Of a stretch of 64,000 nucleotides of DNA, positions 59,803 through 64,000 are shown in pieces; the first letter of the stretch is position 1; each line of letters begins with the position of its first letter. The DNA comes from an uncultured Chloroflexia bacterium (GTDB lineage Bacteria > Chloroflexota > Limnocylindria > Limnocylindrales > CSP1-4): contig CAWEZH010000003.1 in the NCBI GenBank assembly GCA_963813535.1, forward strand, positions 224,001 through 288,000, written 5' to 3'. The position numbers were made by a program, and so were the translations under genes. The notes under the pieces are model-generated. The model had not been told where the DNA came from. It ran no database searches and was given only the letters and a program-made list of their open reading frames with translations.

Positions 59803-62800
59803 ATGCGACGCAAGGCTCGGTCCCTGTCTGTGCTCGTTGCGCTCATCGCAGTCGTCGGCGCGCTGCCGACCACCACGTTGGCGGCTTCGCCGAAACGCGA
59901 GAAGCTCGAGATGTATGTCGTCAGCGGCCCGGCGGCCGACGTCGGCGAGGCGACCAAGGGACTCGAGCTCGTCGACATCCGACACACGGCTGACAGCACC
60001 ACGGCCGACGCCGTGCTCTCGGCACGCCAGGCGGCGAAGCTCCGAGCGCAAGGCATCACGGTCCGACTCCTGCGCAACGACAAGGGCCAGACGGTCACCC
60101 AACAGGCCCGGATCCAGGCGCTCAACGGCTTCACCGTGTGGCGCTCGTGGGACGAGCCCGGCGGCATCCGCGACCAGCTCTATGACATCGCCGCGCGCAA
60201 CCCGCAGCTGGCCAAGCTCGTCGTCCTGGGCAAAACGCACCAGGGACGCGAGATCATCGCGCTGAAGCTCACCCAGGGGGCACGCGGCGAGAAAGACGGA
60301 TCGCGCCCAGCCGTCCTCTATTCCTCGCTCCAGCACGCGCGTGAGTGGATCAGTGGCGAGGTCAACCTCAGAACGCTCAAGCATTTCGTGAGCCGCTGGC
60401 GGGCGAACGACAAGGCCGTCAAGGAGATGCTCAAGGACCGCGAGCTGTGGTTCGTGATCGTCGCGAACCCGGACGGCTACCAGTACACCTTCGACGTCGA
60501 GCGGTTGTGGCGGAAGAACCTCCGTGACAACGACAACGACGGCCACATCACGTCTGTCGACGGTGTCGACCCGAACCGCAACTTCAACGAGCACTGGGGT
60601 TACGACAACGAGGGGTCGTCGCCGGACCCGAGCGATGAGACATACCGCGGACCGTCAGCCGGATCCGAGCCCGAGACGCGCGCCATGCAGGGCCTGATCG
60701 ACCGGATCAAGCCCAAGTTCATGTCGAACCTGCACTCGGTCGGCGAGTGGATCCTCTACCCGCAGGGCTGGCAGGTCGGGACGCTCGACGCCGACAACCC
60801 CATCTACGCGGCGCTTGCGGGCACGGACGCCCACCCGGCGATCTCCGGCTTCAACCCGGGTCAATCGGCGGACACGCTGTACGTCACGAACGGCGAGACC
60901 ACCGACTACGCGGACACGAAGGCCGGGACGGTCGCCTTCACGCCGGAGCTCAGCGACGCCGATTCCGGTGGCGGGTTCGTCTTCCCCGACGACGAGGCGC
61001 TCGTCGAGGCCGAGTTCCAGAACGTGCTGCCCTTCCACCTCGCGCTGGCGCGCTCGGCGATCGACCCGGACGATCCGGTGTCACCGGTCGGGATCAGCGT
61101 CGAGCCGTTCTACCTCGACCAGGACGTGATCGACCCGCAGAACGGGTCGCATTCACTCTTCGATTTCACCTTCGCGAAGTCGTATGGCGATCCGCAGGAG
61201 GTGCGCGTCCTCGCGAAGCGCAGCCTTGGCGCAGTGACGCTGAACTACCGGATCAACGGGGGCACCCCGGTGACCCGTGGTACGAGCGAGTGGAACGGCG
61301 GTGAACGCTACGGACCCGGTCAGGACACGCACTTCCACGTCGTGAGCGGGACTGTGACCGGCACCGCCCCGGGCGACTCGGTCGAGGTGTGGTTCACGGG
61401 TGGTGGCGCGAGCAGCGACTCGTTCACCTACCACGTCGAGTCCGATTCAGGCAGGCGGATCCTCGTCCTCGCGGCCGAGGACTACACGGGCGCATCGCCG
61501 GCCAAGCCCGGCGTCACCTCGCCGCAGTACCTGAGCTTCTACACGGATACGCTCACCGCCAACGGCGTCGCATTCGACGTGTACGACGTCGACGCGAACG
61601 GCCGGACGGCGCCCGATAACCTCGGCGTTCTGAGCCACTACGACGGCGTTATCTGGTACACCGGCGACGACGTCGTCACGCGCGAGCCTGGCTGGGGACC
61701 CGGCAACGCCTCGCGACTCGCGATGCAGGAGATCCTCGAGGTCCGCGATTTCATGAACGAGGGTGGCCGCGTCCTGTATACCGGCCAGCGGGCCGGCCAG
61801 CAGTACACGCCCCCCCTCGCGACCCAGCTCTATGACCCGTTCGAGAACCGTCAGTGCACCTCTGACCCGGCGATCGAAGCGCGCTGCCTGCCGCTGAGCG
61901 GTTCGGGCGACTCGCAGGGTGACGTCATCGAGTACTGGCTGGGCGCGGCCATCACCACGGCCGCGGGCGGTATCGATCCCGACACGGGCGATCCCTTCCC
62001 CATCTCGGGGATCGACGATCCGCTCACCGGTCTGTCGCTGACGCGCAACGGTGCCGACAGCGCCGACAACCAGGGGATCAATTCGTCCTTCATCGCCACC
62101 CAGGACCTGCTCCAGATCCTCGACCCGGCCGGCAGCTTCCCGCAGTTCGCGAGCAAGCCCTCGGCCGAGTACCAGAGTGGCATCGCCGGCCCGTTCGAGC
62201 CACGCACCGGCGCGCGGTTCATGTGGTCGCAGCTCGCCAACGAGGGCTACAAGCGCCTGACCCACACCATCAACGTACCGGGGGGCGGCGCCACATTCTC
62301 CTTCTGGACCAGCTACAACCTCGAGCTCGACTTCGACTACATGATCGTCGAGGCCCACACCGTCGGGCAGGAAGACTGGACGACCTTGCCGGACGCCAAC
62401 GGTCACACGTCGGACGACCTCAGCAACGACCAGGCGTGCGTGGAAGGTTGGAGCGACCCGGCCAACACTGCCGACATCCTCCACCCGTTCCTGACCCACT
62501 ATCAGACGTTCAACCCCGCGGATGGGACCTGTAGCAATATTGGCACCTCGGGGAGCTGGAACGCAGCGACCGGCTCCTCCGGTGGCTGGCAACAGTTCCA
62601 GATCGACCTCGGCGCGTTCGCTGGCAGCCAGGTCGAGGTCTCGATCACGGTCTTGAGCGACTGGGGTCTCCAGCAGTTCCCGGGCGTATTCGTCGACGAC
62701 ATCGAGGTCTCGACGGGCGAAGGCTCCACCTCGTTCGAGGACGATGCCGACCCGAGGGACGGCTGGGAGATCCCCGGCGCGCCGCAGGACGTCGACGGGA

Positions 62801-62973
62801 TCGAGGGACCCAATGTCAACGACTGGACCCGACGCGGCGGCTTCGGCATCAAGGAGGGTGCCGCGATCACGACGCCGGATTCGGTCTACCTGGGCTTCGG
62901 CTTCGAGGGGGTCACCGGCGCGGCGACTCGGAGCGACGTGATGGACCGGATCGTCGACTACCTCTTGCGCTGA
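59803..62973 (+). CDS. Secreted M14 zinc carboxypeptidase with C-terminal accessory (immune-inhibitor-A-like/jelly-roll) domains
   Basis: Signal peptide; HAREW, NPDG, WRKN, DPNRN, SEPET, LHS, TPE; RBS GGAGG. Confidence 0.9.
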   Translation: MRRKARSLSVLVALIAVVGALPTTTLAASPKREKLEMYVVSGPAADVGEATKGLELVDIRHTADSTTADAVLSARQAAKLRAQGITVRLLRNDKGQTVTQQARIQALNGFTVWRSWDEPGGIRDQLYDIAARNPQLAKLVVLGKTHQGREIIALKLTQGARGEKDGSRPAVLYSSLQHAREWISGEVNLRTLKHFVSRWRANDKAVKEMLKDRELWFVIVANPDGYQYTFDVERLWRKNLRDNDNDGHITSVDGVDPNRNFNEHWGYDNEGSSPDPSDETYRGPSAGSEPETRAMQGLIDRIKPKFMSNLHSVGEWILYPQGWQVGTLDADNPIYAALAGTDAHPAISGFNPGQSADTLYVTNGETTDYADTKAGTVAFTPELSDADSGGGFVFPDDEALVEAEFQNVLPFHLALARSAIDPDDPVSPVGISVEPFYLDQDVIDPQNGSHSLFDFTFAKSYGDPQEVRVLAKRSLGAVTLNYRINGGTPVTRGTSEWNGGERYGPGQDTHFHVVSGTVTGTAPGDSVEVWFTGGGASSDSFTYHVESDSGRRILVLAAEDYTGASPAKPGVTSPQYLSFYTDTLTANGVAFDVYDVDANGRTAPDNLGVLSHYDGVIWYTGDDVVTREPGWGPGNASRLAMQEILEVRDFMNEGGRVLYTGQRAGQQYTPPLATQLYDPFENRQCTSDPAIEARCLPLSGSGDSQGDVIEYWLGAAITTAAGGIDPDTGDPFPISGIDDPLTGLSLTRNGADSADNQGINSSFIATQDLLQILDPAGSFPQFASKPSAEYQSGIAGPFEPRTGARFMWSQLANEGYKRLTHTINVPGGGATFSFWTSYNLELDFDYMIVEAHTVGQEDWTTLPDANGHTSDDLSNDQACVEGWSDPANTADILHPFLTHYQTFNPADGTCSNIGTSGSWNAATGSSGGWQQFQIDLGAFAGSQVEVSITVLSDWGLQQFPGVFVDDIEVSTGEGSTSFEDDADPRDGWEIPGAPQDVDGIEGPNVNDWTRRGGFGIKEGAAITTPDSVYLGFGFEGVTGAATRSDVMDRIVDYLLR

Positions 62974-62982
62974 CCGACCCAC

Positions 62983-63009
62983 GGCGCGCTCGCCCCGGGC
63001 GGGCGCGCC
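62983..63009 (+). terminator. Hairpin after the M14 peptidase gene
   Basis: GGCGCGCTCGCC-ccg-GGCGGGCGCGCC. Confidence 0.55.
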
Positions 63010-63030
63010 GAGAGCGAACAGAGTAGGGCC

Positions 63031-63405
63031 GTGACCGGCGAGCATGTTGCGCTGAGTCATGTCGACAAGGTCGTCGATCGCGGCTACCACCGCGAGCTTG
63101 CGTCGACTGGGGCGACCCTCGAATACGACGGCTCATCCCGCTGAGGACCGAGCCGAACGGCACGCTGCAGCTGCTCGAGTGGATGGCCGAGGATGGTCTG
63201 CTGGGCAGTGTCATCGTGGGCATGGACGCCGCGCGGCACGGCTATTACGCGGTGTACGGTGGGTCGCGGGCCTGACCTGGCTGCTGGACGGGTTCGCGGC
63301 GGCCATGGAGGAGTTGGGCTCGGCGCCGATGTCAGGCGACAGCTGTTCGTCGAGGATCCGGCGCGCGTCTACTCGTTCGCAGCCGTCGGTGGAGGGAGTG
63401 CATGA
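63031..63405 (+). pseudogene. 3' remnant of a phosphotriesterase-like (amidohydrolase) gene, multiply frameshifted
   Basis: Fragments across frames: VALSHVDKVVDRGYHRELASTGATLEYD / LQLLEWMAEDGLLGSVIVGMDAAR..Y..YGG / GLTWLLDGF / RQLFVEDPARVYSF. Confidence 0.72.
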
Positions 63406-64000
63406 CCAAAGAGCTCGGCACCAGCGTCGTTGGCTCGCACGCCCGACCGTCGTGGTTCGTCTCCGGCATCGACGCCGCGGAGCGGGGCGAGTTCGGACCG
63501 GCGGACCTCGCGGAGATGCTCGACGACGCGGTCGATTTGGCATTGCGGGACCAGGAGGAGGCCGGCATCGACCTCGTGACCGACGGCGAGATGCGCCGGG
63601 CCGGGTTCTTCACCGCGGAGTTCTACAAGCACGTGACGGGCGTCCGGGCGTTACCCGCGGACCGTCGGCTGGGCGCGGGCGGGCACGACCAGCAGCATCG
63701 CTTCGAGGTGCTCGAGCGCATCGCCGCGCCAAACGGGCTGGGCGTCGTCGAAGAGTTCCGCTACGCGGTCGAGCGGGCGCACCGTCCGCTCAAGGTCACC
63801 CTGCCCGGCCCGTACACGCTGTCGGGGCGGCTTCGAACCGGGCTCGGCGAGGTCTACACGACCCGGGATGCCTCGGCCGAGGCGTTCGTACCGATCCTCG
63901 GCGCCGAACTGGAGGGGCTGGTCGAGGCCGGCGCCACGCACATCCAGATCGACGACCCATCGCCGGCCATCCACCCCGACGCGCCGTCGGACTTCGCGGC
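63402..64000 (+). CDS. Cobalamin-independent methionine synthase II-like protein (runs off the window edge)
   Basis: TSVVGSHARPSW, QEEAGIDLVTDGEMRR, KVTLPGPYT, IQIDDP. Confidence 0.85.
   Translation, partial: MTKELGTSVVGSHARPSWFVSGIDAAERGEFGPADLAEMLDDAVDLALRDQEEAGIDLVTDGEMRRAGFFTAEFYKHVTGVRALPADRRLGAGGHDQQHRFEVLERIAAPNGLGVVEEFRYAVERAHRPLKVTLPGPYTLSGRLRTGLGEVYTTRDASAEAFVPILGAELEGLVEAGATHIQIDDPSPAIHPDAPSDFA

Overview
High-GC (roughly 70% by eye) bacterial core-genome segment. Perfect CIRCE and GAAC-N4-GTTC LexA boxes, widespread leaderless-looking starts and the gene order point to a Terrabacteria lineage, most plausibly Chloroflexota (inference). Housekeeping content: lepA-hemW-hrcA-grpE-dnaK...dnaJ-prmA, rpsT, gap-pgk-eno, leuS, comEA-comEC-holA, obgE-nadD-rsfS, rho and two tRNA-Ala genes. 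Accessory content: an ABC-2 exporter, a split-barrel (PPOX-like) gene coupled to a split-barrel::MenA-type prenyltransferase fusion, a surface protein with a lamin-tail domain and about 7 OB folds, a LexA-boxed imuA-imuB-DUF6504-like operon separated from dnaE2, a two-component system, a CGNR zinc-finger regulator with twin TAACC-N18-GGTTA boxes facing small unannotated ORFs, and an M14 carboxypeptidase lying between an eda-SDR pair and a decayed phosphotriesterase-like gene. I saw no CRISPR array, integrase, transposase or phage gene. Product calls come from motifs recognised by eye, with no database searches. Several starts were moved from the ORF track to more plausible codons.
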